A stretch of 64,000 bases of DNA, from sequence record NZ_KX443399.1; one strand, given 5' to 3'. The notes under the pieces were generated by a model. It had not been told where the DNA came from. It did no database searches and worked only from the letters and a program-made list of their open reading frames with translations. Made by a program: the position numbers and the translations under genes. The stretch is from a plasmid. Of this stretch, positions 36,379-45,427 are shown one piece after another. Numbering within the stretch: position 1 is the first letter of the stretch; each line of letters begins with the position of its first letter.

Positions 36379-37146
36379 ATGAACACGTTAGATGGCGCGG
36401 GCGCCGTACGCCTAGCGACTGACCGACCCGATGCCTTCGCGATCAAGGTCGACGGACACGATCGGATCGGCGACAAGGCCCTCCGCGAAGTCCTGGCCTC
36501 GCACCTTCCGAACACCTCCGGCACAGCCTGCACCGCATGTGAGTTCGTCTACACCCCGGATCTCCCGCTGTGCCCGACCGTTGCTCGCACTCTCCGCGAG
36601 CTGTCTTCCGGATACGCCCGGCCGCAGACTGCGACGTCGCCCCTCGCCCGCTTTTCGACCGAACGGCTCCGCGCGATGGCACGCGAGCATTGCGGCGAAG
36701 GCCGGTGCAGGCGCTGCGGGTTCGTCTACTCCGGTGAGGTGCGTACCTGCCCGACCTATCGGCGGATCTCAGCTCAGCTCGAAGCTCGCGCCAAGGCTCC
36801 TGTGACCCAGACCGTTGCAGGTCAGGGCCTGTGCGCGGGCAAGGGTGCAGGTTGGACCGTGGCCGGCCACGACCCTAGGCCCTGGAAGAGAGCAATAGCT
36901 GCGTGCTCGCTGTGCCCGCTGCTCGCCCAGTGTGAAGCTCAGCTCGCTGCGGGCGGCAAGGTCAGCGAGCAGATCATGGCCGGGCGCCTCTTCTCGACCT
37001 CCGGTGATGAGATCGTCGCCGAGAAGGTCGACGACTACGCGCTCGCACGCGGTCGTCGGAAGAAGAAGGAGAAGCCTGCGCCGCTGACTCCAACTGCGCC
37101 CCGCGTGGCGCGGCAGCTCGCCCTCTTCGATTGCGCGGCCGCATGA
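36379..37146 (+). CDS. WhiB-like domain protein with ~190-aa Cys-rich (zinc-ribbon-like) N-terminal extension
   Basis: C-terminal C-X22-C-X2-C-X5-C (GLCAGKG...AACSLCPLLAQCEAQLAAGG) followed by G-rich turn as in WhiB; N-terminal CTACEF..CP and CGEGRCRRCGF..CP. Confidence 0.6.
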   Translation: MNTLDGAGAVRLATDRPDAFAIKVDGHDRIGDKALREVLASHLPNTSGTACTACEFVYTPDLPLCPTVARTLRELSSGYARPQTATSPLARFSTERLRAMAREHCGEGRCRRCGFVYSGEVRTCPTYRRISAQLEARAKAPVTQTVAGQGLCAGKGAGWTVAGHDPRPWKRAIAACSLCPLLAQCEAQLAAGGKVSEQIMAGRLFSTSGDEIVAEKVDDYALARGRRKKKEKPAPLTPTAPRVARQLALFDCAAA

Positions 37147-37643
37147 CGTCCTCACGGTCGTTACGGGTCACGCTCGAGGCGCTTGCGCAGGGCCTCGCCG
37201 AGCCGCCCGCGAGTGATGACCACTCGGCCGTCGATCGGTGGACCTGGTTCTCGGGCCTCTACGCCGACCAGACGTGGGGCTTGGTGGCCGCGATCCCCGG
37301 GTTCCCTCGTATAGCCGCTGACCAGATCGCCGGTGCTTGCCGCGCTACAGCCTCGGGGACGGCCACGGTCGACCAGTGGCGGGCTATCGACTCCCTCGCG
37401 GCGTCGGGGCTGGCCGCAACGCAGACGCGCAGCTTGACCCTCGCCTGGTCGGCAGCCATCGACACCGCCACCGACGCATTCGACTACCTCGCCGGGCATG
37501 ACTTCGGCGGCCTCGAGGCCATCCTTGGCGCGTTCGAGGCCGTCCTCACCCAGTACCCGGCACCTGTCGCAGCCGCATTCGTCGACGGGGCACTGACCGC
37601 GTGGGCACGCCAGCTCGATCCGTCACTCAGGAGGGCCGCATGA
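37143..37643 (+). CDS. hypothetical protein (166 aa)
   Basis: ATGA overlap with upstream gene. Confidence 0.6.
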   Translation: MTSSRSLRVTLEALAQGLAEPPASDDHSAVDRWTWFSGLYADQTWGLVAAIPGFPRIAADQIAGACRATASGTATVDQWRAIDSLAASGLAATQTRSLTLAWSAAIDTATDAFDYLAGHDFGGLEAILGAFEAVLTQYPAPVAAAFVDGALTAWARQLDPSLRRAA

Positions 37644-38077
37644 ACCAGATCGCATCCGACCGTGACGGCCGGCAGTGGGCGCTACTCGCCACAGACGGCG
37701 CTCTGCGGGCCCGCCTCGTGCACGGCGCAGCAACTCCCGCGGTGATGGACCTCGCCGAGCTGGTCGACACCTACGGCCCGCTGGTCCTCTCCCCCACTCG
37801 ACCCGCAACAGACAGCGGGTTCTCGGCGTTCGTCGACACCGTCGACCTCGTCGCATCAGATCCCGGAACGGCCGATGTCGAGCAGATCGACCAGGTCGCC
37901 AGATTCGCGCAGTCGATCGTCTCTGCCAGACGAACGTCGGCACGTGTGGCCCACCCGCACACGTGCTCCACGCCTCGAGCCAGCCACGTGCGTGCCTCCC
38001 CGATCGGTGGGGCGCCGCGTGATGAGATGTGGGGTGCTGAAGTGGGCCAAAAAGACAGGAGGGACAGCTGTGACTGA
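37640..38077 (+). CDS. hypothetical protein (145 aa)
   Basis: AGGAGGG RBS; ATGA overlap. Confidence 0.65.
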   Translation: MNQIASDRDGRQWALLATDGALRARLVHGAATPAVMDLAELVDTYGPLVLSPTRPATDSGFSAFVDTVDLVASDPGTADVEQIDQVARFAQSIVSARRTSARVAHPHTCSTPRASHVRASPIGGAPRDEMWGAEVGQKDRRDSCD

Positions 38078-38144
38078 GTGATCAGAGCTGAGAAGTACCC
38101 CGGAATCTAGACAGTTAACTCCATAGCGCAGTTGCTCATAAACG

Positions 38145-38176
38145 AGAAAAACCCCCCAGGTGGGGGTGGGTTTTCA
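38145..38176. terminator. Rho-independent-type terminator AAAACCCCCCAGGTGGGGGTGGGTTTT (bidirectional)
   Basis: GC stem flanked by A and T runs. Confidence 0.65.
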
Positions 38177-38188
38177 TCAGAAGATCCG

Positions 38189-38216
38189 CCGGGAGGACTT
38201 TGGCTAGTCCTCCCCG
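38189..38216. terminator. second hairpin GGGAGGACT-N6-AGTCCTCCC
   Basis: 9-bp perfect stem. Confidence 0.5.
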
Positions 38217-38231
38217 TCTGAGGGAAATCGC

Positions 38232-39779
38232 TTGGCAGGCGATCACTCTCTGAGCGAGTTCAGAAGTTGGCTCTTCAGAACTCTGTACTGCGACATCCCC
38301 GAAGGGACTACCTTGACCGGTACGTCTCAGGGTAACGCACACCCTGAAAACGGCTCAACTGTTCATTTTTTCGCTTCCTCTGGCGTGTCGTCCGAGGTCA
38401 GCGCATCCGACCCTGCCCTGCCCCAGCCGTTCACGGACGGCGAGTGGGAGGCAATCGTCGCTGCCGCCGTCGCGTCCGTGGCCGAGATCGAGGCCGCCGA
38501 AGCGCAGGCCCACGGCCAGCTCGATCCCGCCGAGGCCGCGATCACTGATCTGCTGGAGGCTCAGCCAACTGGCTCTCGCGCGTTCTCGTTGCCGATCGCG
38601 GCCGGCGCCTCGACCCGTGTCCTGACGTGGCACAGCCGCGCCTACTGGCTGTCGCTGTGCGAGTGGGTCACCACACACACCGACCGCGGCCAGGCGGCCC
38701 TCAAGCGCCACGGAATCGCCGCCGAGACGTTCGTCCGTGGCTGCGTCGCCCACGCCCAGTTCGCCGAGTCGACCACCGGACGCCGCGTGTCCGCATGCCT
38801 GGGCACCCTCGTGAGCCGGTCCGGTCTGTCCATCGACCAGCTCAAGCGCACCCGGCGCGTGCTGAAGACTCTCGAGCTCGGCGTCGAACAGGCCCGCGGT
38901 AAGAAGCTCAATCAGGTGGAGAGGGAGGCCGCGGCCCGCCACTACGAGCAGATCCACGGCCAGGCCCCTGTGCGGCCCCAGAGCGGCGCTGCGAGCGTCT
39001 GGACCCTGTCAGCACCCCAGTGGGCCGTCGAGGCCATGCCAACGCCTGAGAGGAAGGTCAAGGCGAAGCGGCGCCCGCGACGTCGACTGGCACGCGCTAC
39101 CCGGAGCACCACCACCGCGCCCCGTTCCGGTTCGTCGGCTTCCCGCAGCTCGACGGGTTCCGCACCCCAATCCCCTAGTGGTTTTCTTGGTTCTTCTTGT
39201 TCCGTTAGGAACAACTCCCTAACGCGCGCAGAAGCGCGCACGGGCGAAGAAATCTCCACAACCACTACGTCGATGCGACCGCTGGCCCTTCAGCGAGCAG
39301 CTGCCGAGCTTGTCGAACGCATCCCCGCTCTGCGCGGCCTCGTTGGCATCGACGACCTGACCGGTCGGCGCCGAGGGCACATCGGCACGGTCTGTGACCT
39401 GCTGGTCGAGGCCGGGATCGACACCGACCGCTGGACCGGTGTCGACATCGCCCAGGCCCTGACGCTCGATGGCATCGCGCGAGGTTGGACCTGGCCGACG
39501 GCTGACGCGATGACTGCGCCGTTGCGTCTGGTTGCCTGGAGGCTCCGTCAGGTCGACTGGTCCGGAATCTCGCCCACCGAGCACAAGGTCGCCGGCCGCC
39601 AGCTCGATGCCGAGGCCCCGGCGTCGGCGTCGTACCGCTTGGTCAAGGCCCGCCGGATGGTCCTGGCAGCGACCCAGTCGGTTCAGGCGCCCCCCGCGTC
39701 CGCGGAGCATCGTCAGGCTCTGCGTGCACGGTTCGCGGCGGAGCAGGCCGCGCGTAAGGCCGCCGCCGCAACCGTTTGA
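38232..39779 (+). CDS. large hypothetical protein (up to 515 aa; start uncertain), possible replication-associated
   Basis: long protein-like ORF downstream of AT-richer region with terminators; no recognisable catalytic motif. Confidence 0.5.
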   Translation: MAGDHSLSEFRSWLFRTLYCDIPEGTTLTGTSQGNAHPENGSTVHFFASSGVSSEVSASDPALPQPFTDGEWEAIVAAAVASVAEIEAAEAQAHGQLDPAEAAITDLLEAQPTGSRAFSLPIAAGASTRVLTWHSRAYWLSLCEWVTTHTDRGQAALKRHGIAAETFVRGCVAHAQFAESTTGRRVSACLGTLVSRSGLSIDQLKRTRRVLKTLELGVEQARGKKLNQVEREAAARHYEQIHGQAPVRPQSGAASVWTLSAPQWAVEAMPTPERKVKAKRRPRRRLARATRSTTTAPRSGSSASRSSTGSAPQSPSGFLGSSCSVRNNSLTRAEARTGEEISTTTTSMRPLALQRAAAELVERIPALRGLVGIDDLTGRRRGHIGTVCDLLVEAGIDTDRWTGVDIAQALTLDGIARGWTWPTADAMTAPLRLVAWRLRQVDWSGISPTEHKVAGRQLDAEAPASASYRLVKARRMVLAATQSVQAPPASAEHRQALRARFAAEQAARKAAAATV

Positions 39780-39952
39780 TCAGAAGAGAAGAGGGGACGT
39801 GTCGTTTAGCCAGGTCAGAGTGTATTTCTGAGATAATGGCGTCCTGGACGTGGCGGCGCTGATGAGATCCCACCGCTCGCGGCCAGGAGTGCATAAGCTG
39901 CGGTCCAGCCCGCGGGCCTGTAGCCGAACAAGCAGAGGACGGAGCGCAACAC

Positions 39953-40573
39953 GTGAGCACCACGGACCGGAAGCGGAAGTCCAAGTCCCGCCGCGCTCGA
40001 CACCCGCAGGTCCTGGTGAGCAGGATGGAGGATCGCCCGGCCGTCAAGGTGAGCCGGGACGCTAACGCTGTCCGCCAGAGGCTTGCGGCCGGCGCCTCCC
40101 TGATCGTCGTCGACACGGGTGGGGAGACGATCGAGTTGGGCGACAAGGAGCTGCGCGATGCCGGCCAGGACTGGACACTGAGGATCATCGGCAAGTCAAA
40201 AGTGCGTATTCACCGGTCCACTCCCCTGCCGCGCAAGGTCCAGATCGTGGCTACCGATCTCACGTTCGTTGAAATCACCGGTCACGTGACGATTCACGCC
40301 TACACGCGGGCCACGGTGCACGCCTTCGACAAATGCACGGTGCATGCCCGAAACAACACCACAGTCAGCGCGTGTGACTCGGTCTCCGTCGCCGCGGTCG
40401 ACCAAGCAGCGATCACTGCCTACGACGCTGCTCATGTCCACGCGAGCGGCCAGACCCGAGTTACTGCGGGTGACCTCACGTCCGTGTATCTCGACGACGA
40501 CGCGCGGGCCTCGGTGGAGCGCAGCGTCTCGGTGGCGGGGCCGGGCCGGCTGAACCTCACCGTGTGCCACTGA
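39953..40573 (+). CDS. hypothetical protein with repeated TVHA/VHAxD beta-repeat-like units (206 aa)
   Basis: GTG with GGAGCG RBS. Confidence 0.6.
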   Translation: MSTTDRKRKSKSRRARHPQVLVSRMEDRPAVKVSRDANAVRQRLAAGASLIVVDTGGETIELGDKELRDAGQDWTLRIIGKSKVRIHRSTPLPRKVQIVATDLTFVEITGHVTIHAYTRATVHAFDKCTVHARNNTTVSACDSVSVAAVDQAAITAYDAAHVHASGQTRVTAGDLTSVYLDDDARASVERSVSVAGPGRLNLTVCH

Positions 40574-40942
40574 GTCCACACACGGCGGCTGCGGCCTCGG
40601 CTGCTGACTCGTCCGCGGCCGCACGGGGGCAATCCGGTGGCTCGGATGCTGCTGCGGACATGCGCCCGCTGGCTTCCCGGAGCTAGCGGGGGCTCGCACG
40701 CCGACGTCTCCCCTGGCTCGCGCTGCCCCCCGGCGCCGCTGTTCGCTGCTGAACCGCGGCTCCCTCTGTCATCTGTATCCATATCAACGCAGGTCAGGGC
40801 GTCTAATTGATCCTGATCTGATGTGAGCTTCATAAACCTCACCAAAGATAAGTGAACCTCTGGATAGAGAAGGAGATCGAATATCACGGAAGCTGATCTA
40901 GTAGCTAGACATGGAAGGCTACGGAAGATAAGCTAATATTAG

Positions 40943-40956
40943 TTCCCATATGGGAA
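40943..40956. promoter_or_regulatory. 14-bp perfect palindrome TTCCCATATGGGAA upstream of parA (centromere/operator candidate)
   Basis: related CCCATATGGG palindrome plus ATATGGGATA half-sites at 42200-42250 just after parG-like gene. Confidence 0.45.
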
Positions 40957-40979
40957 ACGAGCACGAGGACGGAGTGGGT

Positions 40980-41768
40980 ATGACGATCACCGCGATCGCC
41001 AACCTCAAAGGCGGGGTCGGCAAGACGACCGTCGCCAACGGGTTGGCACACGCCGCGGCCGCGAGCGGCAAGTCCTGCTTGCTGGTGGACGCCGATATGC
41101 AGGGCAACTCGACGAAGCATCTGACCGGGTACTCGGCCGCAGATCCCGCGCCACACTCGCTCGCCGACGTTCTCGACCGGAGCATCAACCTGCCGACTGC
41201 CGACGCGATCGTGCCCGCACGGCGCGAGGAGATCCACGTTCTCCCCAGCGGATTCGGCGAGTTGCAGGCCGTCAGTGACCAGCTGGGCAGCAAGGTCGGG
41301 GGAGAGCAGGCGTTCGCGCGAGCCCTCAAACAGGTCTCCGCTGACTACGACCACATTCTGATCGACTGCCGACCGGCTATCGACCTGGTCTCTCGCAGCG
41401 CCCTGTACGCCGCCGACAACGTCCTGATCGTCGTGCAGCCGGAGCAGGACGCCCTCGACGGGCTCGACGCGATCCGGCAGGCCATCGAGGACATCGCCGA
41501 GTTCATGGACAAGGTGCTCCCGATTGCAGGTGTCGTCGTCAACCGCGTCGATGGCCGCCGCGGTGACCACGCGAGCACCCTCGACTACCTCCGCAAGTAC
41601 GCGGACGCCGACGGCATTGCCCTGCTCGGTGACCCGATCCCTCAGCTCACCGACATCTCGAAGCTGACGACCGTCGGTATGGGATTCGACGAGCACCCCA
41701 AGTCGCCGGCATGGGCGCGCAACCTCCACAGCACGTTCACCGAGATCCTGGAGAAGGTGGCTTCCTGA
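40980..41768 (+). CDS. parA: ParA-family partition ATPase
   Basis: MTITAIANLKGGVGKTTVANGLA... deviant Walker A; start taken at internal ATG (GGACGGAGTGGGT RBS) rather than track start inside the palindrome. Confidence 0.9.
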   Translation: MTITAIANLKGGVGKTTVANGLAHAAAASGKSCLLVDADMQGNSTKHLTGYSAADPAPHSLADVLDRSINLPTADAIVPARREEIHVLPSGFGELQAVSDQLGSKVGGEQAFARALKQVSADYDHILIDCRPAIDLVSRSALYAADNVLIVVQPEQDALDGLDAIRQAIEDIAEFMDKVLPIAGVVVNRVDGRRGDHASTLDYLRKYADADGIALLGDPIPQLTDISKLTTVGMGFDEHPKSPAWARNLHSTFTEILEKVAS

Positions 41769-42205
41769 TGAGTGGCATTCCTGAACCCTCCCGGCCCGCA
41801 CCGCGCAGCTCGCGCCGCAACGTGTTCGCGCAAGCCGCGGAGTCGAGCAAGACGGAGGCCGAGGCCCCCGCAACGACGCAACAGCCCGCCGCAACGCCGG
41901 CGCCCGTTGCGCAACAGTCCGACGCAACGCCGGCGCCCGTTGCGCAACGCCCCGCGGCCCCGGCAACGAGGAGGAAGCGGAGGGAGGACAAGCGGAAGGC
42001 TGAAACGACGGACATCCTGCTGTCGCTCGATGTGGACCTGAAGGAACGCATGGTCGCAACGCTCGAGCACACCCGACCGCGCACCGGCATCACCTCGCAG
42101 CAGATGTTCATCCGGGTTGCGATTGAGCAGCTGTGCGCGCGTCTGGAAGCGGACTACAACCGCGGTGAGGCCTTCCCGCAGCCCGCTGAGGACATCACCC
42201 TATAG
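41768..42205 (+). CDS. ParG/RHH-like partition adaptor with disordered Ala/Pro-rich N-terminus (145 aa)
   Basis: ATGA overlap with parA; C-terminal DILLSLDVDLKERMVATLE ribbon-helix-helix. Confidence 0.7.
   Translation: MSGIPEPSRPAPRSSRRNVFAQAAESSKTEAEAPATTQQPAATPAPVAQQSDATPAPVAQRPAAPATRRKRREDKRKAETTDILLSLDVDLKERMVATLEHTRPRTGITSQQMFIRVAIEQLCARLEADYNRGEAFPQPAEDITL
41865..41950. repeat. Array of GCAACG hexamers incl. two 25-bp direct repeats GCAACGCCGGCGCCCGTTGCGCAAC and palindrome CGTTGCGCAACG inside parG-like coding sequence
   Basis: uses rare GTT (Val) and CAA (Gln) codons, suggesting DNA-level constraint. Confidence 0.6.
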
Positions 42206-42250
42206 CCCATATGGGATATAGGGGCTATAGGTGCAAATATGGGATACAGC
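42200..42250. promoter_or_regulatory. CTATAGCCCATATGGGATATAGGGGCTATAG inverted repeat + ATATGGGATACAG half-site downstream of par genes
   Basis: shares CCCATATGGG core with site at 40943. Confidence 0.45.
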
Positions 42251-42392
42251 CACCGATGCAACGCCCCTACCAGCACCGTTGCGTGATTACACAACGCGGA
42301 ACGCGTGAAAAGCCAAGATGCAATGAGGCCCCACCGGCTGGTACCCGGCAGGGCCTCGGCGACCGGGACAACCCTGGAAGGAACCCCGATCA

Positions 42393-43598
42393 ATGACCGA
42401 CCTTAATCTCCGCGCGGCGCGCATTCAGCTCTACGGGCTGATCGCCGCCCTCGTCTTCGCGATCGCCGTCGCCATCGGTCTCACGACGGGCGCATTCACG
42501 CTCAGCTTCTCCGTGTTGCGTGACCTCGCAACGCAGGGGCTCATGCCGGCGCAATGGGCCTGGATCTTTCCCGCAGTCGTCGACGGCGCGATCCTCGGCG
42601 CAACGATCGCTGTGGTCGTCCTGAGCAAGATCGACGGCAGCGACGAGGGTAAGAAGTTCTTCGTCAGGCTGCTCGTTGCGGTGGTGTGCATCAGCGTTGT
42701 CGGCAACGCGTTCCACGCCTACCAGGCCGCTCAGGAAGCCGCCCGCAAGATCGCCCAGGGGATCGACATCGGGTTCATGCCCCTCGCTCCGGCGGCGGCA
42801 GCGGCAATTGCCGTCATTCCGCCGCTGCTGGTTCTGGCCTTCAGCCACGGCATTGGCATCCTCATCAAAGCGATCGGCAACGCCTACCGCGAGTTCAACG
42901 CTCTGGTGGATCAGGCCACCGCGATCGACGACGCGACGACGACGCCCGTTGCGCAGCCCACGCCCGTTGCGCAGCCCACGCCGCCGGCCTCCGTGGACAT
43001 TGCATCCCCGATGGCCGTTGCGCCGGTCATGGACCAGGGCGTTGCACCGGATACGGCAACGCCGGAAGCCGATGCGGACTCGCAGCCGACCGGCCCTGTC
43101 GTCGACGCGCCCACGGTGGCTCTCGCGCTGACGCCCGTTGCGGACGTCGTTGCGCCCATTGCGGACGACATTGCGGTCGTTGCGCCTGCCGTTGCGCCCG
43201 TTGCGGACGTTGCGCCGGTGGACGTTGCACTGTTCGAGGTCATTGCGCCGCCCGTTGCGATCGACGCAACGACCGCGGCAGAACCTGCAACTGCGACCGC
43301 GGAGGATGCGCCGGCACTCACGGTCGAGGACCTGCTCGCGTTCATCGACAGCTCCAGCCTCGCTGAGAACGTCCGCGAGACCGCCCGTCTGAAGATCAGT
43401 CAGCCGACGATGTCCTTTGCCGCGATTGCCGCGAGGACCGGCACTCCTCACGCGAGCACTGCGCTGCGGCGTTACCAGCGAGCTGAATCGGAAGCTCTCG
43501 CCGCTGGATTCACCTTCCCGCCGCTGCCGGATCTCGATGACCCCAACACCGACGCTGAAGACGCGCACGCCGCTACACGAGAGCTGGTGCACCATTGA
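42393..43598 (+). CDS. DUF2637-like membrane protein with repetitive PVA-rich linker (401 aa)
   Basis: 4 N-terminal TM helices; TPVAQPTPVAQPTP and (P)VAD/VAP repeats. Confidence 0.8.
   Translation: MTDLNLRAARIQLYGLIAALVFAIAVAIGLTTGAFTLSFSVLRDLATQGLMPAQWAWIFPAVVDGAILGATIAVVVLSKIDGSDEGKKFFVRLLVAVVCISVVGNAFHAYQAAQEAARKIAQGIDIGFMPLAPAAAAAIAVIPPLLVLAFSHGIGILIKAIGNAYREFNALVDQATAIDDATTTPVAQPTPVAQPTPPASVDIASPMAVAPVMDQGVAPDTATPEADADSQPTGPVVDAPTVALALTPVADVVAPIADDIAVVAPAVAPVADVAPVDVALFEVIAPPVAIDATTAAEPATATAEDAPALTVEDLLAFIDSSSLAENVRETARLKISQPTMSFAAIAARTGTPHASTALRRYQRAESEALAAGFTFPPLPDLDDPNTDAEDAHAATRELVHH
42940..43275. repeat. ~15 copies of (C)GTTGCG(C) at 9/12-bp phasing embedded in DUF2637 coding sequence
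   Basis: Val-Ala dipeptides uniformly encoded GTT-GCG despite high-GC codon bias; reverse complement of GCAACG array in parG-like gene. Confidence 0.6.
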
Positions 43599-45427
43599 TG
43601 AGCGCAGACGAGACAGGCGCCGAGCAGTTCGCGCTCTTCGATATGGGGGGCGCTCCCGAGACGGTCGCGGAAACCGTGGCCGCTGAGCCTGAATCCGAAT
43701 CGGCCGAGCTCGAAACCGAAATGGTCGACGACGAGGCTGCCGACGACGAGGCTGCCGACGACGAGGACGCCGCCGACGAGGACGCCGCCGAAGCCGCGGG
43801 GGAGGGGACCGCCAGCGAGCCGCGCCCGTGGGAAGCGCTGCCCGTGACCGACGATGCTGACGGGCACGCGATCATCGTCACCGCCGAAGCCACATACAGC
43901 CCGTCCGGTGCCCGGCTGACCGGCCCGGTCGACACGATCGAGAAGCTGGAGAAGCTGATCCAGTGGGCCGCGCTGACCCCGCACGGTCTCACCGCGCAGG
44001 TGTGGTTCGTCGGCATCGACTCCTGCGCGCAACTCGGCTGGGAGATCGACCCGGGCAGCGAGGACGACGTCGACGACCTCGAGCAGCTGCGTGTGCGCGC
44101 TGTGGAGGAGCTGAACAAGGCGATCGCCGCGACCCTGCCTCCGCTGATCGCCGCCGGGTGGGAGCTGCGCGGAGACCCGGGCTACGTCGTGCACCTCAAG
44201 CGTGAGATCGGCAAGGCCACCCAGCTGGTCGACGTCATCCTCGAGCCCTACGTGTGGACCTACTGGAACAAGGACTTCGGCTGGGGTAACCGCATCGGCG
44301 ACATGGGCATCCTCGGCAGCCCGACCGCCGGCACCTACCTGCCCGACGAGGACCTGCCGGCCGCCCGCGAGCTGGGCCGTCGCCTGGCCTGGTCGGCCAA
44401 GCACCTCGGCACCCTGCCTGGACCCACCCCGGCCCGCACCGGTGCCGCTGTCCTGGACAAGATTCGCCGCGAACGCATCCGGTCGGGCAAGGGCATCGTC
44501 GTTACCGCTGGAGGCCCGGTTCCGCCGATCGACGGCGCACCGCGAGGCGATTTCGAACCGGCCGCAGGCTGGTCCCGCGTGCCGGACACCGACGACCTCG
44601 ACAACGCCACGCAGCTGGTCACGATCGACCAGCGCGCCGCCTACCTGGCATCGGCCGGCATGCTCGCCTTCGGATACGGCAAGGCCCGCCACCTGGCCGG
44701 AGAGGATGCAGCCGCGGCGGCCGCAGCCGACAAGCCCGCGTTCGGGATCTGGCGCGTAACCCTCCCCGCCGCAGGCCAGTACGCGCTCCCGGAGAAGCTG
44801 CCGCTTCCGCACCCGGCGATGCTCGAGGACCAGCCGGTGCAGACGTGGATCACCACCGTCAGCTTGGAGGGGCTGTGTGCCCCGATCGCCGACGGCGGCA
44901 TGGGCCTGGACGTCGACGACCTCGACGTGACCGAGGCGTGGGTCTACGCGGAGCAGGGGAGGGCCCTGGACAAGTGGTCGAAGGTGCTCCGCGAGGCCCG
45001 CGCCGTGGCGACCGAGACCCGTGACGTGGCGATGAAGCGGTTCCTGGGCGCCTGCTACAAGGGCTACGTCGGCCGAATGGTCAACCCCGACATGTGGACC
45101 GCGACCCGCATGCAGCACCACCACCAGCCGCTGTGGAGGGCCGCGATCATGGCTCACTGCCGGTGGCGAGGTCGCCGCGTCGCGATGCGTATCGCTCGCG
45201 AGACCGGCCGCTGGCCGATCCGGACAATGACCGACTCGTGGGTGTACCTGCTCGGCGACGGCGAGAACATCTCCGACGACAGCGATGCGTTGGGCAAGAT
45301 GACCCTGGAGAAGCACGTAGAGCTGACCGACGAGATGATCTTGTCGTTCGCCTCCGCAGAGACCACACACGACGTACGCCTCGCGATCGCCGCGGCGTAC
45401 AACACCGACACCGACGAGGAGGACTAG
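43595..45427 (+). CDS. large hypothetical protein with acidic N-terminus (610 aa); possible replication/establishment function
   Basis: ATGA overlap with upstream gene; no recognisable motif. Confidence 0.6.
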   Translation: MMSADETGAEQFALFDMGGAPETVAETVAAEPESESAELETEMVDDEAADDEAADDEDAADEDAAEAAGEGTASEPRPWEALPVTDDADGHAIIVTAEATYSPSGARLTGPVDTIEKLEKLIQWAALTPHGLTAQVWFVGIDSCAQLGWEIDPGSEDDVDDLEQLRVRAVEELNKAIAATLPPLIAAGWELRGDPGYVVHLKREIGKATQLVDVILEPYVWTYWNKDFGWGNRIGDMGILGSPTAGTYLPDEDLPAARELGRRLAWSAKHLGTLPGPTPARTGAAVLDKIRRERIRSGKGIVVTAGGPVPPIDGAPRGDFEPAAGWSRVPDTDDLDNATQLVTIDQRAAYLASAGMLAFGYGKARHLAGEDAAAAAAADKPAFGIWRVTLPAAGQYALPEKLPLPHPAMLEDQPVQTWITTVSLEGLCAPIADGGMGLDVDDLDVTEAWVYAEQGRALDKWSKVLREARAVATETRDVAMKRFLGACYKGYVGRMVNPDMWTATRMQHHHQPLWRAAIMAHCRWRGRRVAMRIARETGRWPIRTMTDSWVYLLGDGENISDDSDALGKMTLEKHVELTDEMILSFASAETTHDVRLAIAAAYNTDTDEED

